Below, in pieces: positions 8,624 through 16,711 of a stretch of DNA of 32,000 nucleotides (the first letter of the stretch is position 1; the number at the start of each line of letters is the position of its first letter). The position numbers and the translations under genes are program-made. Under the pieces are notes generated by a model. It made no database searches and was not told where the DNA came from. It saw nothing but the letters and a program-made list of their open reading frames with translations. The DNA lies in NCBI RefSeq assembly GCF_936981045.1, contig NZ_OW441264.1, forward strand, positions 390,001-422,000. Reading direction: 5' to 3'. The stretch comes from Candidatus Saccharimonadota bacterium. Its GTDB lineage: Bacteria > Bacteroidota > Bacteroidia > Cytophagales > Amoebophilaceae.

Positions 8624-9973
8624 ATGTTAGGTTTGAATTATAATCGTGGGTTAATAAGATTGGGGTTGTTTTTTTTCACATTATTAGTCACGCATCATAT
8701 AGGATTCGCAAAAGAGGAAAAAGGTAAGAAGGTGGCTATTGTATCCCCTACAATGCAAAAAAAAGCCTCTGATGTTGATCATTCTAACGCTGCCAGTAAA
8801 GCCAAGCTAAAAAGTGATCTAGAAGCAGAAAACGCGCTTAATCGAGCACGCTTGGAAAAACAGCTTTCAACTATTATTGCTCAAATTGAGCAGCTTCGTC
8901 TTAAAAAAGAACTTCAGCGCTTGAATAAGGAGATAGAGGATGACAACGCGCGAGAAGCGCATGATAAAGCTATGCTTTTGCTAAATATGGAAAGAGAAAA
9001 GGTGACCATCGAACTAGAGCTAGCAAAAGCTAGATTTATGAAGCAAATGGAGCAGTATGATACCCAGTTAATCACATTAGATAAAAAGATACAATTAGAA
9101 AAAGGGCAAACGCAACTGTTGCAAGAGACCAGCCACCGGTTGCAAGCAGAAATGGGGGCCTTGCAAGCTAAAATAGCACGAGATAACTATATCCAAAAAA
9201 AGCCTATTTACCTGAAAGACCCATTGATCAAACGAAGCAATACTTTAGTCCTCTCTGATCGATATATTCAACTAAATGGTTCCATTACACCCTGGAAAGC
9301 AAATTATATTGTAGATCAAATTCACTATTTTAACAACAAAAATAGTCAGTATCCTATATTTCTTATCATTGGTTATTCCCCAGGCGGATGGGTATCCGCA
9401 GGGTGGAATATTCTACAAGCAATAGAGCATAGTAAAGCACCTGTCTATGTGGTCGTAAAAGCATTCGCTGCTTCTATGGCCGCTTTGATTACTACATTGG
9501 CTACTAAATCTTATGCTTATCCAAATGCTGAAATCCTACATCATCACCCCGGAATAAAAAATTTTTTTGGTAGATTAAATCTAAGAGAAACAAAAGAGAT
9601 GTATGAGGACCTTAAGGAAACATGGAACCGTTTAGGGGGTAGAGTAGCCAGAAAAATGGGCATATCACTTGCAGCATTTGAGAAAAAGCTCTATGAGAAG
9701 TCTATGTATGGAGACTGGATGGAGTATGGTGACAATGCTAAAAAGCTTAAATGGGTCGATTATGTGATCAGTGGTATACAACATAGTGCGGTGAGCAGCT
9801 TACCAGATCCAACTGACTATACTTTTGAACAATTTATAAAGCAGTACGGCTTTGGTGAAGCAAAAGGAAAAGAACCATCTGAAGAGTGGTATTGCCATGC
9901 ACTAGCGCCCCACGATTTTGACTATAGCTACAGGCCTACTAATAGAAAATCTCAGATAATGGGTAAGCAATAA
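8624..9973 (+). CDS. signal-anchored ClpP-fold (S14-like) serine protease with a long N-terminal coiled coil
   Basis: Hydrophobic N-terminus (LIRLGLFFFTLLVTHHIGFA). Heptad-rich residues ~60-190. Residues ~210-385 align by eye with ClpP: IQLNGSIT...ANYIVDQI, YSPGGWVSAG (ClpP INSPGGSVTAG), AFAASMAA (GQAASMGA, catalytic Ser284), YPNAEILHHHP (LPNSRIMIHQP, His307), GDW..YGDNAKKLKWVDYVI (Asp364 region). Confidence 0.8.
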   Translation: MLGLNYNRGLIRLGLFFFTLLVTHHIGFAKEEKGKKVAIVSPTMQKKASDVDHSNAASKAKLKSDLEAENALNRARLEKQLSTIIAQIEQLRLKKELQRLNKEIEDDNAREAHDKAMLLLNMEREKVTIELELAKARFMKQMEQYDTQLITLDKKIQLEKGQTQLLQETSHRLQAEMGALQAKIARDNYIQKKPIYLKDPLIKRSNTLVLSDRYIQLNGSITPWKANYIVDQIHYFNNKNSQYPIFLIIGYSPGGWVSAGWNILQAIEHSKAPVYVVVKAFAASMAALITTLATKSYAYPNAEILHHHPGIKNFFGRLNLRETKEMYEDLKETWNRLGGRVARKMGISLAAFEKKLYEKSMYGDWMEYGDNAKKLKWVDYVISGIQHSAVSSLPDPTDYTFEQFIKQYGFGEAKGKEPSEEWYCHALAPHDFDYSYRPTNRKSQIMGKQ

Positions 9974-10186
9974 GTTTGATAGCTATCATCTTGTTGGTGA
10001 TATGGTTATTACTTAGTGTTCCATTTAAATAGCCACCATCTGTAAAGGTGTTTTACCTAGTATAGGTGGTTAACAAAGTTATATACCTACAATAGGCTAA
10101 AAAACGCTTCCCACTTTCTGCTACAGATAGGTGGTCATACCATTTATCAAAAGTGCAACAATTATTCAAACATTCAAATAGTAAAT

Positions 10187-10386
10187 GCGTGAGTTCGGGA
10201 TTTATTTGACTGATTTACAACAATTTAATATCAATTATTTAGTTAATATTTGCACCTATTTAACAAGTTTTTATATCTAATTTTATAAATATAATATATA
10301 TAATAAACTGATTACCAGAATTATTTGTTATTCAACTACCTATTTAACTGTCTATAAAACAAATTTTATAAATTTTCATTGATATT
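10187..10386 (+). mobile_element. MITE copy 2, left part (split by the IS982 insertion)
   Basis: GCGTGAGTTCGGGATTTATTTGACTG... is collinear with 26166-26365. It is interrupted after ..TTCATTGATATT by the IS982 left end. Confidence 0.88.
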
Positions 10387-11388
10387 ACGTGAGTTCGGGA
10401 TTAGCTTGTTAAAAAATAGCTTTAAAAAGCTTCTTTGTGTTTTAAATTTGGAGATAAAAAAATACTAACCAGATTATCCAAAGGAGCCAGTTATGAATGT
10501 AGAAAAGTTAGTTGAAATATATTATGCTGTTAATGAATTTCTCATAAAGTTTATGCCGTATATGGAAAAACAACTGTTAACCAACTCTAAAAGAAAACCC
10601 ACTAGAACTTGTTCATTAACTTTGAGTGAAATAATGACTGTTCTTATTGCCTTTCATGTGATTGGTTTTAGAAATTTTAAGTCTTATTATATTCATTTAC
10701 AGCAATTTCATTCTAGTAAATTTGGAAAGTTAGTGAGCTACAATAGATTTATAGAACTGATCCAAAGAACGTTAGTTCCCTTGTACTGTTTTACACAAAG
10801 TCTTTCTAAAACAAAAACAGGTTGTTATTTTATGGATGCAACAGCCATCAAGGTTTGCCATATCAAAAGAGCCTATACGCACAGGGTTTTTAAATCGATT
10901 GCTACTAAAGGTGAAACCAGCACCGGTTGGTTTTTTGGATTAAAGTTGCACTTGATAGTCAATGGTTTAGGAGAAATTATGAATTTTCAACTGACCACAG
11001 GTAAAACTAATGATAGGCTTCCTGTAGAAAATTTATGTAAACACTTGATGGGTAAAATGTTTGCCGATAAAGGTTACATAAGCAAAGATTTATTTAAAAA
11101 ACTGATCGAGAAAGGCGTGGAACTCATTACCCAGATTAGAAAAAATATGAAAAATGCTTTTATGCCACTCTGGGATAAACTGATGCTTAGAAAACGATCT
11201 ATAATTGAAACTATTATAGATCAGCTCAAAAATATTAGCCAGATAGAACATTCCAGGCATAGAAGCATACCTAATTTTCTAGTCAATTTGATAACTGGAA
11301 TTACAGCTTATGCACTAAAAGAGAAAAAACCTTCTATAACTAATATATATATGACTGGTTCACAATACGTCTAATCCCGAACTGAGGT
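10387..11388 (+). mobile_element. IS982-family insertion sequence, intact, 1002 bp, inserted inside a MITE
   Basis: Ends ACGTGAGTTCGGGATTAG... and ...CTAATCCCGAACTGAGGT (imperfect TIR). Flanked by a duplicated TGATATT of the host MITE. Single 293-aa transposase ORF. Confidence 0.9.
10493..11374 (+). CDS. IS982-family DDE transposase
   Basis: 293 aa. The N-terminal ..EIYYAV.EF......KRKPTRTCSLTLSEIMT..IAFH...FRNFK.YY pattern and C-terminal ADKGY.S..L...L...G..L.T..RKNMK....I.E.....LKN...IEHSRHRS are typical of IS982 Tnp. Confidence 0.9.
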   Translation: MNVEKLVEIYYAVNEFLIKFMPYMEKQLLTNSKRKPTRTCSLTLSEIMTVLIAFHVIGFRNFKSYYIHLQQFHSSKFGKLVSYNRFIELIQRTLVPLYCFTQSLSKTKTGCYFMDATAIKVCHIKRAYTHRVFKSIATKGETSTGWFFGLKLHLIVNGLGEIMNFQLTTGKTNDRLPVENLCKHLMGKMFADKGYISKDLFKKLIEKGVELITQIRKNMKNAFMPLWDKLMLRKRSIIETIIDQLKNISQIEHSRHRSIPNFLVNLITGITAYALKEKKPSITNIYMTGSQYV

Positions 11389-11435
11389 TGATATTGATTA
11401 TCAAATGAAAAAATAATCTAATCCCGAACTCAGGT
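11389..11435 (+). mobile_element. MITE copy 2, right part
   Basis: TGATATTGATTATCAAATGAAAAAATAATCTAATCCCGAACTCAGGT continues the MITE. The whole split MITE is flanked by a 5-bp repeat TAAAT (10182-10186 and 11436-11440). Confidence 0.88.
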
Positions 11436-11474
11436 TAAATGATTAAGCTCAAATAGCAGATTTTTTACAAATTC

Positions 11475-12816
11475 GGGTCTTTTGTTTTAAGTGTGTAAAT
11501 ATATTTCGGGTTATATATTTAGATAAACTAAAATACTTAAAACAATGAAAAGAAAAGAGACAGTTAAAGATGGGATAAGCAAGGCCATAGATGTACTGAT
11601 AGACTCAGGTGTAGAGCTATCGACCCTATTTGATCAAGACGGCTTACTCAAACAATTAAGCAAACGTCTTGTAGAAAAAGCATTAGCATCAGAAATGGAT
11701 AACCATTTAGATTATAACAAGTATGCAGGTAGTGATTCAGATAATGCTCGTAATGACTTGTCTAGTAAGCAAATTATCACTGATAATGGGGTTATATCGG
11801 TTGAGGTCCCTAGAGATAGATCATCCACTTTTGAACCTGTTTTATTACCTAAGCGTCAAACAAGAATACCTGGTTTAGATAATAAGATCTTATCTCTATA
11901 TGCTAAAGGCATGAGCCTATCAGATATTCAGATTCAAATACAAGAGTTATATGGCGCAGAAGTTAGTGAAAGCCTGATAAGTAACATCACAGATGCTGTT
12001 ATCAAAGATGTTAAAATATGGCAAAATCGTCCCTTAGAGTCGGTTTATCCTATCGTTTTTTTTGATTGTTTTGTAGTTAAAGTTAGACAGGATAAGCGCA
12101 TAAGCAATAAATCAGTCTACGTTGCGTTAGGTATAGATAGATTGGGCATGCAAGATGTTTTAGGTCTTTGGATGAGTGAAAATGCAGGAGCTAAATTTTG
12201 GTTGGGGAATTTAACAGAACTCAAAAATCGTGGCATGCACGATATACTCATTGCGTGTACAGATAATTTGCCAGGTATGTCTGAGGCCATTACTGCTGTA
12301 CACCCGAAAACGGAACATCAGCTCTGTATTGTTCATGCCATTAGGAATAGCTTGCAATATGTTTCTTATAAACATAGAAAGGCATTAGTTGCTGATTTAA
12401 AACCAGTTTATACTGCAGTTACTGAAGAAGAAGCATTGATGGCCTTAGAAGCTTTTGCTACCAAGTGGAATCAACAATACCCACAAATAGCCAAATCTTG
12501 GTATGCTAACTGGGATAATTTGATGGTATTTTTACAATACCCTAGTGCCATACGTAGAGTGATTTACACAACAAATGCTGTTGAATCTGTAAATAGTCAA
12601 TTCCGTAGAGTTACCAAAAATAAAAGGGTATTTCCTAACGATCTAGCTGTTTTTAAAACATTGTATCTAACTATTAATTACATGACTAGAAAGTGGACCA
12701 TCCCTATTCATAATTGGAGTGAGGCTATGGCACATTTTTTAATTAAATTAGAAAATAGAATCTAATAAACCAAAAAAATAATTTACACACTTAATTGGAC
12801 AGATCCGGACAGAGCC
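11475..12816 (+). mobile_element. IS256-family insertion sequence, intact copy
   Basis: IRL GGGTCTTTTGTTTTAAGTGTGTAAAT versus the reverse complement of the right end ..ATTTACACACTTAATTGGACAG... Right terminus is tandemly doubled (GGACAGATCC GGACAGAGCC). Flanks ACAAATTC / ACAAATTA look like an 8-bp target duplication. Confidence 0.88.
11545..12765 (+). CDS. IS256-family (Mutator-type) transposase
   Basis: 406 aa. ..LLKQL.K.LVEKAL..EMD.HL.Y.KY...., PKRQTRIPG.D.KILSLYAKGMS..DI, VFFDC..VKVR, LGLW....EGAKFW...L.ELKNRG..DILIAC.D.L.G, YP....Q.CIVH..RNS, TTNA.ES.N...R are canonical IS256 family motifs. Confidence 0.92.
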   Translation: MKRKETVKDGISKAIDVLIDSGVELSTLFDQDGLLKQLSKRLVEKALASEMDNHLDYNKYAGSDSDNARNDLSSKQIITDNGVISVEVPRDRSSTFEPVLLPKRQTRIPGLDNKILSLYAKGMSLSDIQIQIQELYGAEVSESLISNITDAVIKDVKIWQNRPLESVYPIVFFDCFVVKVRQDKRISNKSVYVALGIDRLGMQDVLGLWMSENAGAKFWLGNLTELKNRGMHDILIACTDNLPGMSEAITAVHPKTEHQLCIVHAIRNSLQYVSYKHRKALVADLKPVYTAVTEEEALMALEAFATKWNQQYPQIAKSWYANWDNLMVFLQYPSAIRRVIYTTNAVESVNSQFRRVTKNKRVFPNDLAVFKTLYLTINYMTRKWTIPIHNWSEAMAHFLIKLENRI

Positions 12817-12929
12817 ACAAATTAAAACTAAAATAGTTGAGTTTATTCTTATAATTTTCCTATAATAGGTAGTTTACCTACATAATATTTTGTAATTCTT
12901 TTTTAAGTAATTTAAAAATTTATTATACG

Positions 12930-15104
12930 ATGTCATTCTATACACCTTTCCTCATGGCATTACCCTTTTTGCTATTGGTTCTAGTGGTGATTTTTTACCT
13001 TAAGCAAATCAAAGCTCCATTTGGGGAGCATAGTCTAAATCACAAACAATTTGCCTATGAAATTAGAGCGATTCAACAAGCTATTACACGTATCAAAAGT
13101 CGCATAAAAAAATCGTTACAATCTGTTTTTATAAAAGAAAAACTGGCCAAATTAAAACCAAGCGATGCTACAATGGGATGTACAGGGTGTTACATTATAC
13201 TTACCACCATACTAGATTACATCATTGGAGGACTGACTATTTATTGGTACATAGTTCAATTTTTTATAGGTATTTGGCTTATAGGTAATGGAATTACACG
13301 CAAAAAAACGGTTCCATCATGGAAAATTGGTCGATCTTGGCTAGTATACACCGTTTTTTGCCTTCCTGTAAATGTATTTTGGCATTGGTTTCATGTGCAA
13401 GATGCTCAATTTACACTAACTTTATCTGTTGGACATTTATCTGCAACTTTATTTGTATTGCCCCTGTATATAAGTATAAAACTCGTAGTCCTTACACTTT
13501 TAATGATCTTTTACGCAATCTATAACATAGGTATAGATCAACTGTTGATGTCAGGGGATTCTTTACTATCTCTATTGGGGTTCGGCTTAATGGTCTTTAG
13601 CATTATTATTTATAATAAACGCAAAATAGCTGCCTATACACTATATAACCGCTACTTAAAAAGTCAAATAAAATTAGCAGAAAACAAGGACCATGCGCCT
13701 ATGCAAACCAACTCCAACTTACATCCAGAAAATGCTCGTAAAAACCCAAAAGAGGCTGGACCTTGTGTAGAAAAAACCATTCAGGACGTTACTGAATTTA
13801 TGTCATATTTAGATACTAGGACTCTTTATCAGCAAGATATCCAAAGTATTATCAAAAATTTTTTCACTTTTACTACTTTTTTAAAGCAACAGGCCAGGTC
13901 TATAGACCACATACCGTTAATACCAAATGAAATTACTATAGATGCATTGATCTCTAAACTAGAGGCTACACTGGAAGCTAGGACCTCACCAGTCCCAAAA
14001 CTGGTGGTAGAAATGAAAAATAATGTTATTCCTAAAAAGATCACATGTGATGTCAATCATATGATCCAATCATTAGTCCCTATTGTTTTACGTACCGCTA
14101 ACCCAGGTAGTTCAAAAGGTGAACGTGTAAACATTCAATTACATGCTACGCACTTAAAATATGCGCAAAAAGGCAAATCGGAAATGAACTTCCCAGCTAT
14201 AGCCCTGGTGATCAGCAGCACTACTATCCCTCTAACCATATTGCCCAAAATTAAAAATTATTATGAGGATATTACAGAAGGAAGAGAGCTTAAGTGGCAC
14301 AGTGGTCAAACAAACTTAGAACGTATACAGGTTGAAAAACATGTCATAGAACGAGCAGTTCGTGCCCATTATGGTTACCTACGCTTCCCTTTTTCCCAAA
14401 AAAGGCCTATAGTGATGGTACTGCCTTATAATGTAGTACAGGTTCGAGATGCAATGATCGACAAAATACTCCCTTTAGATGTTCCTATAAACCAAAAAGA
14501 AATCGATCAATCCATGGAAGTATTTATGAGATCTTATAACCATATTTTAGAAATATGCGAGGCTCGTAAAGCTGTATTAGATGAAATACTTCTATTGATC
14601 AGAAGGTGCTATGGTTTTAGACGCCATCTATCCGGACAATTGTTGTACATCCGTGCGATAGGTATTGCACAATTAGTGACAGAATGGATACGCTTTTATC
14701 CGCAACCCATTTATGGTGTATTACTGTATGACTTAGTGCATCATGCGGATTTACCACTTGCGTATATTAAGGCCAACTATGATATGAATATTTACGCCTT
14801 TATAGAAAGTATTTTAGCAGTAAATGATCGCCAAAGCATGGAGCCATGTGGACTTTATATTGGAAATGCTCTTAAGCAAGTAATCAATCGAGAACAACTT
14901 TTTGTGCTTTGCATTAAATTGGCTGAACGACTTTATGACCTAAGGCATGCTAAAAGCTACACCCATCTAGATGCATTAAAATACATGGCTGAAGAAACCC
15001 TTACAATAGATATTGAATTAGCAAAGAAATATTTGAACACTAAAATCGTAGAAGCATTAACCAATGCAGCAGAACAAGCGCTTCAGGTCTGTGAAAAAAA
15101 ATAA
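12930..15104 (+). CDS. multi-pass membrane protein, paralog 2 (P2): same architecture as P1 with an extra N-terminal helix
   Basis: 724-aa ORF with ATG start. Shared blocks with P1 include KLAKLKPSDA.MGC.GCY, PSWKIGR.WL, LFVLPLYI, NFPAIALVIS, HYGYL.FP, RRCYGFRRH.SGQLLY.RA.GIAQLV.EW, LPLAYIKANY, INREQL.VLCIK.AERLYDLRHAK, ETLTIDIEL.KKYLN.KIVE. Confidence 0.87.
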   Translation: MSFYTPFLMALPFLLLVLVVIFYLKQIKAPFGEHSLNHKQFAYEIRAIQQAITRIKSRIKKSLQSVFIKEKLAKLKPSDATMGCTGCYIILTTILDYIIGGLTIYWYIVQFFIGIWLIGNGITRKKTVPSWKIGRSWLVYTVFCLPVNVFWHWFHVQDAQFTLTLSVGHLSATLFVLPLYISIKLVVLTLLMIFYAIYNIGIDQLLMSGDSLLSLLGFGLMVFSIIIYNKRKIAAYTLYNRYLKSQIKLAENKDHAPMQTNSNLHPENARKNPKEAGPCVEKTIQDVTEFMSYLDTRTLYQQDIQSIIKNFFTFTTFLKQQARSIDHIPLIPNEITIDALISKLEATLEARTSPVPKLVVEMKNNVIPKKITCDVNHMIQSLVPIVLRTANPGSSKGERVNIQLHATHLKYAQKGKSEMNFPAIALVISSTTIPLTILPKIKNYYEDITEGRELKWHSGQTNLERIQVEKHVIERAVRAHYGYLRFPFSQKRPIVMVLPYNVVQVRDAMIDKILPLDVPINQKEIDQSMEVFMRSYNHILEICEARKAVLDEILLLIRRCYGFRRHLSGQLLYIRAIGIAQLVTEWIRFYPQPIYGVLLYDLVHHADLPLAYIKANYDMNIYAFIESILAVNDRQSMEPCGLYIGNALKQVINREQLFVLCIKLAERLYDLRHAKSYTHLDALKYMAEETLTIDIELAKKYLNTKIVEALTNAAEQALQVCEKK

Positions 15105-15114
15105 AGGAATATTT

Positions 15115-15210
15115 ATCTTAATTTTTGCTTGATCAAAAAGTATCTACAAATCAAGCCCTGATGGAAAAAAGAAAGCACACCTGGAAAAACAGAAGCCACC
15201 CTGTGGCCTC
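15115..15210. repeat. dispersed intergenic repeat family R, copy A (partial, degenerate)
   Basis: ATCTTAATTTTTGCTTGATCAAAAAGTATCTACAAATCAAGCCC aligns with the cores at 16426-16470 and 23813-23858. Starts 11 nt after the P2 stop. Confidence 0.6.
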
Positions 15211-15301
15211 CATTAAACTGTTGTTCTGCTCAGCCGCAAGCTGCACTTTCCTACCGGAACTTCTCACAAGACGCACTTTTCCTTTTTATGCCCTGCAAAG
15301 A

Positions 15302-16300
15302 TCAATTTTGTTCAATCTGGCGACGTACAAGACGCTGCATACCTTCTTGCAACGTAATAGATGGTACCCATCCTAGTGCTTTTTTAATTTTTGTGCAATC
15401 AAGTGCATAACGTCTATCTTGACCTACTCTTTCAGCAGTGAAACGAATAAAAGAAGTATACGATCTTCCACGCAGTGGTTTCCAACGATCCAGTATTTGA
15501 CAAATCATCCATGCGATTTCAAGATTAGTGCGCTCTTCATTGGCACCAATATTATAAGATTGACCACTTTGGCCTGTATGAAAAACGCAATCAATAGCCC
15601 TACAATGGTCCTCTACATGCAACCAATCTCGAATACTACTTCCATCTCCATGCAAGGTAATAGGCTGCTCTTGTAATGCATTTTCCAACACCATAGGAAT
15701 AAGCTTTTCTGGATATTGATGCCTCCCATAGTTGTTGGTTGAGCGGGTAATAACTGTATGAAGTCCATACGTATGGGCATAAGACTTCACTAAATATTCT
15801 CCTGCAGCCTTGCTGGCGCTATAGGGATTACCTGGCGCAAGAGTAGCAGTTTCTGTAAATGGCCTATTATGACCATTTAATGCACCATAAACCTCATCCG
15901 TACAAACATATAAAAACCGATGCTGAGGATTCCGTGGTTGATTGGGTGCTTTAAACCAATGGCTATAAGCTGCATGCAATAGCACACTAGTGCCCTCTAT
16001 ATTGGTCTTTACAAAAAGAAGAGGATCAACAATGGATCTATCAACATGTGATTCAGCAGCCAAATGAATAACCCCATCAAAGTTAAATTTTTGAAATAAC
16101 TCCGAAACCAATAACAAGTTGGTAATATCTCCTTCTACAAAATAGTAGTTTGGCTTCTTCTGAAGTGCAAAAGATAGACGGGAAGCATAAGTGAGCTTAT
16201 CCAAGTTAACAATGTAATAATCAGGATATTTTTTTAAAAACAATTGAATAAAGTGAGAACCTATAAAACCAGCTCCACCCGTTACTAATAACTTTTGCAT
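15302..16300 (-). CDS. rfbB: dTDP-glucose 4,6-dehydratase
   Basis: LVTGGAGFIGS Rossmann motif, STDEVYG-like CTDEVYG, YSASKAAGE (YxxxK), 332 aa. Typical RmlB length and motif order. Confidence 0.9.
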   Translation of the reverse strand: MQKLLVTGGAGFIGSHFIQLFLKKYPDYYIVNLDKLTYASRLSFALQKKPNYYFVEGDITNLLLVSELFQKFNFDGVIHLAAESHVDRSIVDPLLFVKTNIEGTSVLLHAAYSHWFKAPNQPRNPQHRFLYVCTDEVYGALNGHNRPFTETATLAPGNPYSASKAAGEYLVKSYAHTYGLHTVITRSTNNYGRHQYPEKLIPMVLENALQEQPITLHGDGSSIRDWLHVEDHCRAIDCVFHTGQSGQSYNIGANEERTNLEIAWMICQILDRWKPLRGRSYTSFIRFTAERVGQDRRYALDCTKIKKALGWVPSITLQEGMQRLVRRQIEQN

Positions 16301-16379
16301 AAAAGAAAATTACTGAAAAATGCATAATAAAGAACCAAATCATTACCTGAAGTTTTCTTTAAGTGCACACCAAATGGTG

Positions 16380-16509
16380 TCAACTTAAGGATTTATCACC
16401 CAGTAAATCCAAGCCATAAGGAATTTTATCTTACCTTTTGCTTGATCAAAAGGTAAGCAAAAATCAAGCCTTCATGCAAAAAGTTACTGAAAGGTGTTTT
16501 TTTATAGAG
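16380..16509. repeat. dispersed intergenic repeat family R, copy B (~130 nt)
   Basis: TCAACTTAAG...AAATCCAAGCCATAAGGAATTTTATCTTACCTTTTGCTTGATCAAAAGGTAAGCAAAAATCAAGCC...AAAAAGTTAC...TTTTTTTATAG aligns along its length with 23771-23912. Confidence 0.7.
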
Positions 16510-16711
16510 CTGCCAGACCAGTGAATGGAAAAACATATAATAAACTTTCAATATTCAATAAAATTTAGATAAAATAAATAGTGGATATGATGTGCTTTCC
16601 ATATGCTATGCGCAGCTATTAATACCCCCACCATTGGGCAGGCGTCATTATACAGATAGGTAAATAGTAGGGATATTACTAGCGTAGCAACCAACTATTT
16701 AAATACTTTGG

